A DNA stretch of 62,987 bases, filler included, from Rhabdomonas costata (taxonomy: Eukaryota), in NCBI GenBank assembly GCA_019059605.1. It is 26 parts of 26 records of this genome, joined end to end, with 100 filler letters (N's around TTAATTAATTAA, not from the genome) between each part and the next. Parts side by side here need not be neighbours in the genome. Positions count along the whole stretch, not along the records: positions 21,884 to 24,208 come from JAHMHO010004028.1; positions 24,309 to 26,633 come from JAHMHO010004029.1; positions 26,734 to 29,058 come from JAHMHO010004030.1; positions 29,159 to 31,483 come from JAHMHO010004031.1; positions 31,584 to 33,905 come from JAHMHO010004032.1; positions 34,006 to 36,330 come from JAHMHO010004033.1; 20 more parts are not named here. The stretch is one strand, 5' to 3'. This document shows, one piece after another, positions 24,000 through 36,156 of this stretch. Numbering within the stretch: the stretch's first letter is position 1; each line of letters opens with the position of its first letter. Made by a program: the position numbers and the translations under genes. The notes under the pieces are model-generated. The model had not been told where the DNA came from, did no database searches, and saw only the letters and a program-made list of their open reading frames with translations.

Positions 24000-26900
24000 C
24001 TCCTCCTCCCACCCGCACGGTACTTCATGAGCAAAAGGAAAGAAACCAAGAGGAAGATGAGAAATCCGAAGAACAGACGGCCGCCCTGTGCGTTGAAACG
24101 ACAAAAATGAAAACCACGAGCGTGCGCCCCAATGACGAGCAGAAAGTATGAGTCACAGCGCACAGCGAATCTTTACGACCGACGCATATAATATTTTTCA
24201 ACAAAAACNNNNNNNNNNNNNNNNNNNNNNNNNNNNNNNNNNNNNNNNNNNNTTAATTAATTAANNNNNNNNNNNNNNNNNNNNNNNNNNNNNNNNNNNN
24301 NNNNNNNNGGGGTTGTGGGCAGAGTGTTGGAGCTCCTCCTTTGATTGATAACAGGTGTCACAGCACCAGAAGCGCTCTTCTTCAAAAGTGCGCTTTTGCG
24401 CTTCACAGTCGCGTGCGTCTAAATCTGGAGGGTGACTTTCTTTCATCATCGAAGGCAGAGTCTATCAGGCCGGAGACATGTCTTTCGACACACACGACAC
24501 ATGAGTGTATGGTTGTGTAGCGCACGGGCGTCTGCGTCTGTGTACTCGATGGCTGATAGTGCTCGATAGTGCAGTCGCTGTTTCACCTTGAGGAACCGCG
24601 GAGTCCTGAGACCCTCGTACCGACCCACCGTCCGGTTGCAGTGGGGAAGAGATGGGGCGTCTGAATGTACACTTGGGGCGGGAGCTGACGAAGACTTTTG
24701 GTCACCCGATGCTGCCATCGGCGAACAAACCACCTCAGTGGTAGGAAGCGTCGCATCAGAACCTGTCATTTTTTTGGGAGGAGCACATATTGACGTAGCT
24801 TGAGGGAAAGTATTGGGGTGACGGTGCGGAGAGTAGAAAGAGAAGTCTTGAAGATGTGGGGAAGATGGGTCTCCAAAAGGGAGTCGGTTATGAGCTCATC
24901 TTGGAGGAGCCCGTCAAAAACGCGGAAGAGGAAGTGGGCAAGGCCATGGGTACAGGTGAAGTCGCACTGGTGCCAGAGGCCAGTACGAAAGATGGTTTGA
25001 AGGAGGTCAGCGAAGGAGAGCAGGTCGATAGGAGTAAGGCGGATGGGGTCTCGACGGTAAACGAGTTGGTGAGCGATAGAAAGGCGCATAAACCATTGAA
25101 ACTGAGGGGAGTCAACCGGGCAAATTGTTCGAAGAAGGTGTTGGATAGAAGATCGGGGTTTTGAAGAGCAGCAAGGGTGGGGCAGGGCCAGAGGAGGCTG
25201 TTTGGAGCAAAAGTGAAGGGATCACCGCGGTGGGCAGTGTGGGAAAGCGTGGGAAGCGGGCATAGAGTACGGAAGAGAGGTGACGGTCTTCGAGATGAAA
25301 GGAGTCATTGACGTAACAAAGGGGTACAAGGGGGTTGTGGGCTGCAGTGCGATCCAAAGAATGCGGTTGGTTTCGATCCGGCGAACGGTGGAATCTCTGA
25401 TGGGGCTAACGCGTTGCCACAGATGCCAGATGTGCCACCACAAATGAGAAAATTTGCCTGACTCAGCTGGTTTAAAGAAGGTGTCGTTGCGCGGAAGATG
25501 GTTCCAAGCGAAGTGAGGACTTTGGGCGAGAGTAGTCCATGGAGATGAGACGGGTCAGAATGCGGTCGATGGTGTTGACGGGGTTTTTATTGGGGAGAAA
25601 CGATGGAGAATGGCGGCTTCGAATGGGCTGGCATTGCGGAAAGGGTGATGGTTAGCTTTTGGGATGAAGTAAGTGCGAGTGATGTAGGTGAGTAGGCCGG
25701 GAGGGAGTTCGGATCTCTGCTCTTCGACGTGAAGGCGTCAGGATTGTAGTGATGCGAGGGCTATGGGTTACTTGAGGCAGCGACATGTTTAGTTTCGGTA
25801 CTCCGTGACCACTTGTAGCAGATGCTCCCTTTGCCAGAATCGAAGAAACACCAGTTTACAAACGGCGATGGTAACCAAGATACAGCGTTTAGGGTTCAGT
25901 GGTTACTGATGGTGGTGCTCATTGGATGGGGGACGAAGGGAACGTTTTTGAGCTAGCAGCTGGGTTTTGTGTTTGTGTGCGCCCTTTGTGCATTGCAGCT
26001 TTTTTCTCTGTAGTCTTCTTTCGGCAGCTTCTTCGTCACTCTGCGTCACGATGACCACCGCGTCGACATCCATCCCTAGCCACCTGTGCAGCGAGGGTGT
26101 GTTTTGAGAAGAGCAATGGTCGCCCAACCTTCACATGCTTTCTGGCTCCCTCCTCAAGTTATGTCTTCTTGCGCCATGAGAAGCACTTAACTCTATCGTA
26201 AGCAGCTGTGCGGCTTCGAATCTTTGAAGATACATTCAATAGCCCACCACGTGACCACTGCTTAAGCTTGCAGTCGACGCTGCTCGGGTCACTGCCGTGG
26301 TTTCAACCCGTGATCGTGACTTCCGTGCATCTCGAGACAGATCCATACCTGAAGCCTTCCCCGTCGCATTCTTCGCATGCGGGGATGTGCATTCAGTTCG
26401 TACCGAGTACGTTGATGGGCTGACCCGTGTCACCAGCGGTGGGGGCCTTGTCCACAGCAACGGCACTCGGGGGTCCTTCAACCCGCCGTATGGCCGCTGC
26501 TACCGCCCCCCCCCCCAAAGAATAGCACAGCACACAAACTGTGCAATTTTTAGATGATCCTTGCCCCCGTCCATCATTGCATCAACACGCACTCCAGGCT
26601 GTTTAATGTGACGCAGGCAGTCCACCCCACAAANNNNNNNNNNNNNNNNNNNNNNNNNNNNNNNNNNNNNNNNNNNNTTAATTAATTAANNNNNNNNNNN
26701 NNNNNNNNNNNNNNNNNNNNNNNNNNNNNNNNNTTTTTCTCTTCTGACTGCCACCGCGGTGTGACGTGGTTGGGGCCAATGAGTTGATCTCAACCTTTGG
26801 ATAGCAACCGTCCGAGAGAGAAAAACCAGCCGCACCGCAGGAGCGAGCGAGCGAGCGAGTGAGCGATGGAGGCCAGTGTCTCTTGTGAGCAAAAAAAATT

Positions 26901-27808
26901 ACGAGCGAGCCGAGAGAGAGTGTCACCATCATTTTCGTTGGCTGCATAGCATTCTCTGTGAATCTCACTCTCTCATTTCTCCCTTTCCTCACGGTCGGCA
27001 TGGCCATGTGTTGTGTACATCGTACGTCGTCCTCTTTTGCTTTGAGTTCAATTGCACTCCCTTCCATTTTCACCCTTCCTCCTTCGTCATCACCTCACCC
27101 CCCTCTCTCCCCAGTGATGCACCTGTTCTTCTTTATTTCCTTCTTTCTGGGGAATGTGCAATGGATGTTGAGGACGGCTGCCATTGGAAGGGCTGTGCAC
27201 AGTGCAGTCAGCCGACCCTGCCGACCGATGTAGCTATAGCCGTGAGCTTTTTCAAACCCAAGGGTTCGGCTGGGATAGGTTTCCCCGTATTGACTCACGC
27301 AGCCGCCTCCCTTTTGGTCGAAAAAAAGAAGGCAGTGCCTGTGATTCACTCCACCTCTTTAAGATTAAACGTTCAAAGAAAAATCAGCAAACAAAGGAAG
27401 AAAAGTTTCCTAATTTTGATTGCTTCGGTGTTTGACGGATGTTCTCGACAGTAGGGTTGGGTTAGGTTCAGGAAAGGGCAGCGGATTTTTTGCCGGGCGT
27501 CACAGAGCCATGCTCGTTTTCAGCACGGATCGAATGAGTTACAGGTTTCATAGTGATATGTTTTGTGGATGAATAGGAAGGGTAATCTTTCGGCTCCGAG
27601 GGAGGGGCACAGTACATTCTGAACTTTGGCTTTATCTATGCTAATGCGCTGGCTGAAGCAGTTGTTTTTGCAGCAGGGGTACAGGCACTCAATGTGGAAA
27701 GGGATCAGATCTCTTCTCGACAGTCATTAAGCCTTTGACAAGCACCCGGGTCTACCCGGGACTATTTAGCTCCGCCGCTTTCTGGAGCCTTCCCTGAAAC
27801 ATGCGTTG

Positions 27809-29058
27809 ATGCTTCCGTTGCTCTGCCTGACCCACGCCGCCTGTTTGGCCCTTCTCTCCATGGCTGTGCTTCTTCGCCCTGAGGGCTGCTTCTCGGCAGA
27901 TGTCCCCAAAGCACCCCGAGCTCCTTGGAAATCCACCGTCGCTTCATTCGCTAGCCCTGCCGCGCTCGCCTCTCGCTGGAGGACCCTCCTCATGGCGTCC
28001 CGGAGGTCGCCCTGCGTGGAGGGTGCGGTGGGGCTGTGGGGGATCACTGTACTTGGGCCCTTTGCGAGCCCGGCAAAACGGGAGCGTGGCATAGAGGTGT
28101 ACCGCACCTTCCGAGCGTCCACCCGGGGGCAAGGGCTGGACCTGCTTCTGGTGCAAGTGCTGTTTGCGGGGCAGGAGGCGGCCCTGCTGCAGGCAGAGGT
28201 GTCACTGGTTGTTCGGAGTGACACTCTGTTGACTGCTGAATCCCGGGAACACTTTTTGAACCTCGCACTGGACAACTTGCCTAGCAGCTGCACGAAGGCA
28301 TGATGGCCTCTTGCTTTCTGCACGTATTTTGCCCTCGCTACTGCTTCTCGGTTCCTTTGGGCTTTGGTGCCAAGTCGATTGCCAAATAGGGAAGGATTTT
28401 TTTGACTTAGAGCTGTGCACATTTGTTCGCGTTTGCATAGGTTTGTGCGATGAAAAGACCGAAAGGACGCATACAGAGACGCGAAGCAGAGCATAGATAA
28501 AAGAAATGCTGTCGCTAACATAAGACCTCGGCGGTCGGGTGACGCAGAGAAGGTCCTATATAACTGATGTCAGATGTGGGTTGCCCGAACAGGCCAGGAT
28601 GGAGTGGTCTGGATTTTTTGCGTCATGCTGAGTCTCGCGTGGACATTCACTGCCAAAAATTCTTGAGGTGTTGACTCACGTGGTCACGAACATACATGGC
28701 GGGAAAATGGCCAGGTTGCATGGTTGGATCCCGACATTGTGTTCGCCAGTCCGAACTGGATATGCGAGGTGGAGGCTGCCCTGGCCACCGCCTCCGTGGT
28801 GCAGCCCTTCAGCTTTGTGTCGGACCTTCCTATGGGTGTGCGGCGGATGGACTCCGCAACCTCTGTGTACATGAATACTCTCTTTGTGACGCCCAGCTGG
28901 AGTGGCGGCGCCGCGGCGAAGGCTTTGGGCGGAGTTTCTGAAAGTGGGGATGGTGGTGGCAAGTCGGGAAGGTCCGTTCCAGGATATCTCCTGCATCACC
29001 AAGTGGACTACTCCGCTGCGCTGGTCTTGGCCTTTCTTGGTTTGACAACCCCACAAAA
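27809..29058 (+). CDS. Type II membrane GT-A-fold glycosyltransferase-like protein; exons 27809-28297 and 28715 onward
   Basis: N-terminal hydrophobic anchor, LWGIT...YRTFR, and REHFLNLALDNLPSSCTK|VAWLDPDIVFASPNWICEVEAALATASVVQPFS with a DxD motif. Joined through a GC-AG intron. Confidence 0.7.
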
Positions 29059-29361
29059 NNNNNNNNNNNNNNNNNNNNNNNNNNNNNNNNNNNNNNNNNN
29101 NNTTAATTAATTAANNNNNNNNNNNNNNNNNNNNNNNNNNNNNNNNNNNNNNNNNNNNTGTGGGGGGGGGTGCGCGAGCGTTTCATAAGCGAATAATCCC
29201 ATGTGCATAATTTCTGTTGTACATTGCTGGCATCTTCTCCAGGGCATCAGCCTGTTGGCTTGATGCAGTTATCGGACAGGGAGCAATACTCAATGTTTGT
29301 GCACGCCCACCGCATCGACCCACCCAGCTCAGTGTGTGTGTGGGGGGGGGTACACCTTCAG

Positions 29362-30461
29362 CGCTAATGAACATCATCCTTCCGCTGGCGAGGCAAGCCG
29401 GGGCGATGATGGACTCCTTCACGCCCTCCGCACTGACGGTGCTGTGGGGGGCGCACTCGCAGCCCCGCGCAGACACTGTGCAGGTGGCGTGTGACCTGGC
29501 CTTGGAGCTGGCAGAGGCGCTGCGCGGGCTCCCACAGCTAGAGTCCGCCAAGGCATACTGATTGTGTGCACTGGCTGTGTGCTTCTGCTTAATGGTAATG
29601 GCTCTAATCGAGGGGTAATGCGCGGAGTAATACCCCGCGCCTCTTCGTCATTCCCGTTTTCACTCGAAGCTGTGCTCACTACTCGGACCTGACTTCGGTG
29701 CCGCCGCTGTTTTCATCGGGCGGGATAGTAGGGTTCCTTTGTGTGTGTGTGCAGTATGCGGTGGTTGCTGTTCGAATTAATTACACCACTTTTGAAAGGA
29801 AGTCTTTCTATGAGCCGTGGACAGAGCTATAAAGGCGTGTTTGCACTGTTCCCAAACAAACGTGTTGCTTCACTTGCAGCTCGTCCCTCTGTTTTTAGTC
29901 TCTCATTTGCCCAGTTTTTCGCTCCTGACTTCAACCGCGAGCACAGGCGCAGGCAATGGTGGCGGTTGGACAGTGGTCACCATTAGGGAAATAGAGACTC
30001 ACAATTCACACTTTTTGATGCAGCACCTAGAGACTCACAATTCACAATTTTTGATGCAGCACCCAAACACCAGACACACACACGCACGCATTCTGAGACA
30101 GGACTCTGCAAAACACAACAAAAGAATGCAACAAACTATAGTATCAGATCCATATTACTGAGGCCGGATCTTCACATCTTTGTATGCACCGCTCCTGCTG
30201 TCAGATTCACATTGGGGTGACTCATGGCCAGGCCTGGGTGGGCGAGGTGGTTACGGACAGCCTTGCCTCGGCGATGGTGGTCGCGGCGCACCTCCACCAT
30301 GCCCTGCCGGCGCTGTCCGACCCCGGGCTGCACGGGAGGCTGGGCGGCACCCGAGTCTTAGTCGCGGCGTCTGTGCGTGACATCGCGCAGGTTACTCACG
30401 TCCTGCGCACCGCTGCCGTGGTGGCGACCTTGGAGGATAGCACAGGCGCGGGGTTTGGAAG
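29362..30461 (+). CDS. Degenerate class III nucleotide cyclase-like domain; exons 29362-29552, 30205-~30461
   Basis: GAMMDSFTPSALTVLWGAH...ACDLALEL...|IHIGVTHGQAWVGEV...RVLVAASVRD follows the cyclase fold pattern, but the catalytic GD and NxxxR motifs are absent. Confidence 0.65.
29992..30063 (+). repeat. 36-bp tandem duplication, intronic
   Basis: TAGAGACTCACAATTCACA(C/A)TTTTTGATGCAGCACC occurs twice with one mismatch. Confidence 0.9.
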
Positions 30462-31696
30462 GTGCGCGTGGGTTTGTTGTGGGGAGAGAGTCCTGGGCTG
30501 CTGCGATTGATGTGACACCTTCCCTCTTTATGGCCCAGAGAAAGGATGCTCGAAATGCATCTTTTACGGGATCATGCTCGCAAACCTCAACAACGCTTTA
30601 TATCCACAGCGGAGTTAAGGAAGGAGGAACTTCAGATTCGGCGAATTTTTGTTGAAATAGCACCATTTGTTCATTCAGAGGGCTTAAAATATACTCACCT
30701 TGTCAACCATGTCAGCACAGTTGCATCGTACGCCCGTAAGTGTTGAGGTACTTTTTCTGGGATCTGGAGTTGATTTCCCGACTGGTATTGTCATTACCTG
30801 GTTTTTTTTGCTTCTCACTTTTTACATGGCGTTTGCCATATGCAGAAGGCGGAGGTCATAGATTCGGTGGATGCTTTATGCTCCGATGGGTGCAATTGTG
30901 TTTCCTGCTTGATAACGTGCTCCGCAAATAGATGTACTCCATCTCATCGCAGGACCCAATATTCAATCATGGGTCTGGTGGGTGACCCAGCTGTTAACCC
31001 AAATTGTTAAGCCGAACACCGGCATTAAGACTGAAATCTGAGACTTGTTTGCTGCAGGTCAGCTGAACAGCGCACGGGCTGAAAGACCCACACTCTGCAA
31101 AGAGGATGATCTCTGTGTGTGCAATAGTCTGCATGTCTCATTGTGTTCGGTGGTGGTCCCGGCGGCATGCCACCCGCGGACGGGTGAAGGGCTCGGGAGA
31201 TGAGTTATGTTACAACAACGTCCGGATCTACGCAAGATCTAAAGCACAACCACAGCGGGGTCATTTACAGTAATGTCTTCCCAGCTCGGCGGTGGCTGCG
31301 CTCCACCGGGCTGGCAGGGCTCTCTGTGGGGTGCCGTACCGCGGGGACCTCGGCGGGGCTGCGCTCCACGGCTGCGGCTCCGCGGGAAGGTGCGTCGGTT
31401 GTGGGAGGACTTCTCGTCCATCTGCCAGCCCTGCACGCATACTCCGCGCGGCTTGGTTCGTGGTCGACGCTCCTTCGGCCAGANNNNNNNNNNNNNNNNN
31501 NNNNNNNNNNNNNNNNNNNNNNNNNNNTTAATTAATTAANNNNNNNNNNNNNNNNNNNNNNNNNNNNNNNNNNNNNNNNNNNNGTTTTTTGGTACTTTTT
31601 GCGCGTGCGTGGTGGCATCGCGCACGAACAGAGGGTGTGGTTCTTAGCCTTTCGGACCTCTCCCGTTCTCGCTCTATCCATCTGTGTTTCAAATAG

Positions 31697-33580
31697 AGCT
31701 GCTGTCTCGGTGCAACTTCTGGCCGTACTTCACTGGGCTTCCGGGGTCTGCTCAGCTGCTGGAGCAGCTGCAGGCGTGTATGATAAGGCTTTCGCAGCTG
31801 GGAATGGAACTTATCCCGCTGCGCAGGCTCACTGTTGACCCGTTGTTGGTGCTGGAAGGCCCCGAACCCAACTTGGTACCGTTGGTCAGCTTCGTGCCAG
31901 TCGCAGCTTTTCTTTGTTGGTTGTCACACTTTTCGTCTCAAGTTTTTGCTTCTGATGGTTGCCATTCTCATCGTCGTGATCTGATGTGCGTTTCTGTGAT
32001 TGATTCACCGTGTCTCATTTTTATGACAGGCTGTGTCTTGTTTTTCGGGGATATCGCTGGAGTGGGGAGCATTGTCCTCGGTGCGCGCACTTGCAGGTTG
32101 CAATGCATGCCCACTCGTTGCTGGAATTGGATCCTGCCCGCCTCCCCCGCAACCGCACCGCCATTCCCACGTACCCCAGCCAACTCCAGCGGCTCCTTCC
32201 TCTCAAAGACGGCCGAGTGGTGCTTGCGCGGCCCATCCGGGCAGAGGACGAGCCCGCTCACCTGCGCTTCCTGCACCGGCTTTCACCGACGGACCGCTAC
32301 TACCGCTTCTTCAACGTCCGCAGCGAGTTCTTTCATAGCGAAGTCCTGTGGTTTACCCAGATTGACTATGGTTGTGCAACGCCACCCGTCGCGCATCGTC
32401 TTTTTTTAATCGTTTATTTTTAGGATTTGCCTCTAGCTCTATGTCTGCCGTGTGGTCGATGTTTCTTCGGGCGATCTTCAGCAGCTGGTTTGCTGCAGGC
32501 TGGCATGTGAAGGCTGCAGATTTTTGTTGTTTTGTTTTCCGCATTACACCCGTCCCCATACCATATAAGGGGCGCGATGTTTGATTTGATCTTGGGACGT
32601 GGACAGTGGGTATGATAAAGAAGGTATAAGGTTTATAGGTAGTGGCTGAGGTTAGAGATGAGAACGGGTGGGGGGAATTTCGGGAAGTGGGGCTATAAAG
32701 TTGACGTGAAAGCCCGAGGGTAACTCTTGAGACGGGAGGTTGAGCGGCGTGTTAAAACGCAGGAAGGTTGTCCTCTGCAGCGCAAAGCTTCAACACAATG
32801 GATTGTTGTGTGTTGTCTCGCGAGAAGTTTCTATATATAATCCTTGCTCCTGTGTGCCTGTTGCAGACCGTGAGCTGGCTCTGATCGCCGTGGCTCCCAA
32901 CCCTGAGTATGCTGTGGAGGATGGGTCTCGCCTTCCATTTCCATTTGCTTACTGTGCTTCACTTCTGTAGTCTGCATGCGGTGGGTGGCGCAATTTTGCA
33001 GTCGCAGGTTGACAACAACCGGATGCACCCGGTAACAGATGCCTCCATTTGTGTCTGTTTTTTTGCTTGGTACTTGTCTGTTAGGCAACAGAGCGCCTAA
33101 AACACCCCTCCGGACGCGCGCTCGCATACATAAGCCTCCCTACTCCCAGCCGAGTGTTATTTGATGCATTGCACCATTGTTCGCTATCATTTGTGAATTC
33201 TATATGCCAACACCCCACCAACGCCGTTGGGATGCAATAGGTGGCCCAAACTCGTCCTAGTGGTGGTTTTCAGCGACTCTTTTACGAAAAGGGATCCGCT
33301 GGTCATGGACACGGTTGGGGTTGTCCGAGCTGTCGACGACCTTGCCGGGAACAGCGCGGAGTTTGCCTTGGTTGTCCTCGGGAGCTATAAGCAACAAGGC
33401 CTGGGCTACGCGCTGATGCAGATGCTGATCTCCGTCCTCCGCAGTAAGGGCCTGGATGAGGTCCAGGGGTTGGTCTTGAAGGAGAACGAGCCTATGATTG
33501 GACTGTGTGAGAAACTCGGGTTCACTGTAGAGACGTATGCCGAGGACCGGACGATTGTGGAGGTTCGACTGAAGCTTTGA
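31697..33580 (+). CDS. PatZ/YfiQ/Pka-type protein lysine acetyltransferase, C-terminal part (end of ATP-grasp-like domain + GNAT); exons 31697-31875, 32097-32370, 32867-32906, 33274 or 33292-33580
   Basis: RLSQL...VDPLLV|...AIPTYPSQLQRLLPLKDGRVVLARPIRAEDEP...DRYYRFF...FTQIDYD|RELALIAV|...GVVRA...AEFALVV...KQQGLGYALM...GLVLKENEPMIGLCEKLGF...VRLKL* is colinear with the bacterial PatZ C-terminus. Confidence 0.9.
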
Positions 33581-34064
33581 TAGCTTCGGTGTCGTTCCCT
33601 TATATGTCTACATGAGAATTGGGTGCAGCGGAGGGGCCAGAAATGCGCATCTGCCAGCCCAAAGCGAGAGGTTGGGTTGCTGGTGGGTGGAGAAAAATGC
33701 ACCGAGAAGAAGGGCTGTAATGTCCCTGAAGTGAAATAACATACACACAAAGGTGGTCTAACATCTCTGATGTTATTTGCCATTTATCATTGAACTGCAA
33801 ATGCAACTGAAATCATATCCATTATGACGAGCGGATTCCTCAAGAGAATGGCATAATTCGAGCCTACTGCCTGAACAATCAAGGTGGAGGGAAACAAACA
33901 AACCCNNNNNNNNNNNNNNNNNNNNNNNNNNNNNNNNNNNNNNNNNNNNTTAATTAATTAANNNNNNNNNNNNNNNNNNNNNNNNNNNNNNNNNNNNNNN
34001 NNNNNGTTGGTTGGGGTAGCCACCCATGGTCATGTACCGTCGATCATCTCGGTCTTTTTTGCAG

Positions 34065-36156
34065 CGTCTATGGAATGGAGGTGTACTTTTTGGACCCGGT
34101 TACTCTGATGCCAGTTTTCGAAAACCCTGTGGCGCTGGAGACGACGGACCTCGATCCCATGCACCACTCCGGAATGCTCAGTGGATCCTACACCCGCGCT
34201 CTCAGCACCGGCTGGCGAGCCAGTCCAGGCAACCTATTCAACCCAGCCTACTCCGAGATCTACTTCACACCCACGCAGCCCACCTACCTGATCCTTGAGG
34301 TCAGCGTGTGCATGGTAGACAGCCCGGTGGGCGGCCGCTGTGTGGGGCAGATCGCGAAGGCCCTTTTGCTGAAGTTCCTGGGGGACTTCCTTCTCGGCCT
34401 GGTGACGCAGAGCAGCCTGCTGTCCAAAGGGGGCCGAGCGTTCAGCTATGAGATGAACGGCAACCTAACGGGCGCCAGCCACGGGTCGTTTTTCGTCAGC
34501 ACACCGGATGGCACGAATGCGCGGCTGGCTGTATGGGAGAGCGATGATTGTATCACGGCGAGAGCAGGGCAGCTTTTACGGCGCTGGCTTGCTTCCGGTA
34601 TGCAACGTCTTCACTCCTGGGTACACTTTGCATCGAATCTTCTGGTGTGTGCCCAGTCCGTTTTATTTGGACACGCTGAGGGTTCTTCCCTCTGGTTTGC
34701 GCAGGTTCTTCAGACCCTACCGTGGTGCACCCTGCCGTCAAGTTCACCTTCTTCTTCGGCAAAGAGGAGTACGAGCACCTTGGGGAAGTTATGACCCTTC
34801 CCTATGGGCTGCTGTGGCGGGTCAGCGTGGTGATCTCGGTGACTCAGCTCTTCGCGGACATCAGGGCGGCGGCCTTCCGGATGTTGGGGTACACTGCTGG
34901 GGCGATCGCAGTGCTGGCGGTGAGTGCGGGGCTGCTGATCTCGTACCTGGTGACAGCGCCTCTGATCCGGCTGAGCCAGCAGATGGAGGAGGTCGCGGAG
35001 ATGAACCTGGACGTGATCCAGCAGAAGCGGAGCCGGTTCAAGGAGATCGCGGACATCCAGGCATTCTTTGGAACAATGGTGGACAAGCTGACGGTACGAT
35101 ACGGATTCCAAGCCTTTGTCAAATTTTTCAATGAAAATGAATTTTTGGGACGATGAAAAGTCAGGCAGCAGCGCACAGAATGTTCAGGGGTTGTTTCAGC
35201 CGAAAATTTATTTTCATGAAAATCCGATTCCAAGATACCGTGCACCTCCCTTATCACCGCAAGCGTGTGGCTGCCTCCTTTTCCGCAGTCACTGTTACGT
35301 TGGGACATTGAATTGAACTGAACTTTTTTTGGGTCCACGTTGAACTTCGAGGAACTTTGAGCATCCCGGTCTGTGACGAAAGCGCTATGATGTTGCCTGG
35401 GATTCTGGGCTTCATTGCACGCATGCTACGACATTTTAACAATTTACAATTGCTTGTCCCCCTGACTGACTTCGCGTAGGAATTCAGGGCCTACCTTCCC
35501 GAGGCGGTGCTGGGGTCCGGGGAAGCGGAGACAACCACAAAACTTGAGGGTGGCCGCGGCGCCACCCCACACGACAATCCGCGACGCGTGGCTCCAGAGC
35601 GACGCATCACCTCGAGTTGCACCTCTGGGTGCTCCCGCGAGGAGCTCACAGAGTCCGTAACCATCCGCAGCTCGGGCGATGGGTACCCCTCGGCAAACGC
35701 CGGAGATTCTCGCAGTGGGTCCCGTTGCGATGCACCACGAAAGGTTTCCTACGTACACCGGCAGGTCGGCGCCTTAAGCTACCGCACGGTATCTGTGCTG
35801 CAGATGGACATCTCGGGCTTCCACAAACTTGTTCATGACGAGGCCACACTGATCTCTACTCACTCGGCGGTAATCCAGTCCACCAGCCAGGTATTCGGAG
35901 GAAGAACCGCCCTCCTTTGACCGATCTACCCGACAACCTTAGTGGCAACCTTAGCATGCCCGCTTCCCTTCTGTTCACAGGCTATTCAGGCCAGCGGGGG
36001 CCTCTCCACGCCTTTCTCGGGGGACAAGGTGCTGGCCTTCTGGAACATCCGCACGCTTCGCTCGGACCACGCCATGCGGTGCGTCGCATCTGCGCAGGAG
36101 CTGTTCCAGGCCACGCAGAAGCTGAGCCTGAGAGTCCGTCTGGCCTGCACGGGGGG
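34065..36156 (+). CDS. Receptor-type cyclase-like protein: Cache-like sensor, TM, HAMP, class III cyclase-like domain; exons 34065-34597, 34705-35093, 35480-35890, 35981-36156
   Basis: TM (AGAIAVLAVSAGLLISYLV), HAMP (TAPLIRLSQQMEEVAEM...FKEIADIQAFFGTM), EFRAYLP linker, and cyclase motifs VSVLQMDISGF and FSGDKVLAFWN. All junctions GT-AG. Confidence 0.85.

Noticed and set aside
24309-26633. Strand-skewed region with broken minus-strand ORFs, possibly a retroelement remnant
   Set aside because: No diagnostic RT, endonuclease or recombinase motif recognised.
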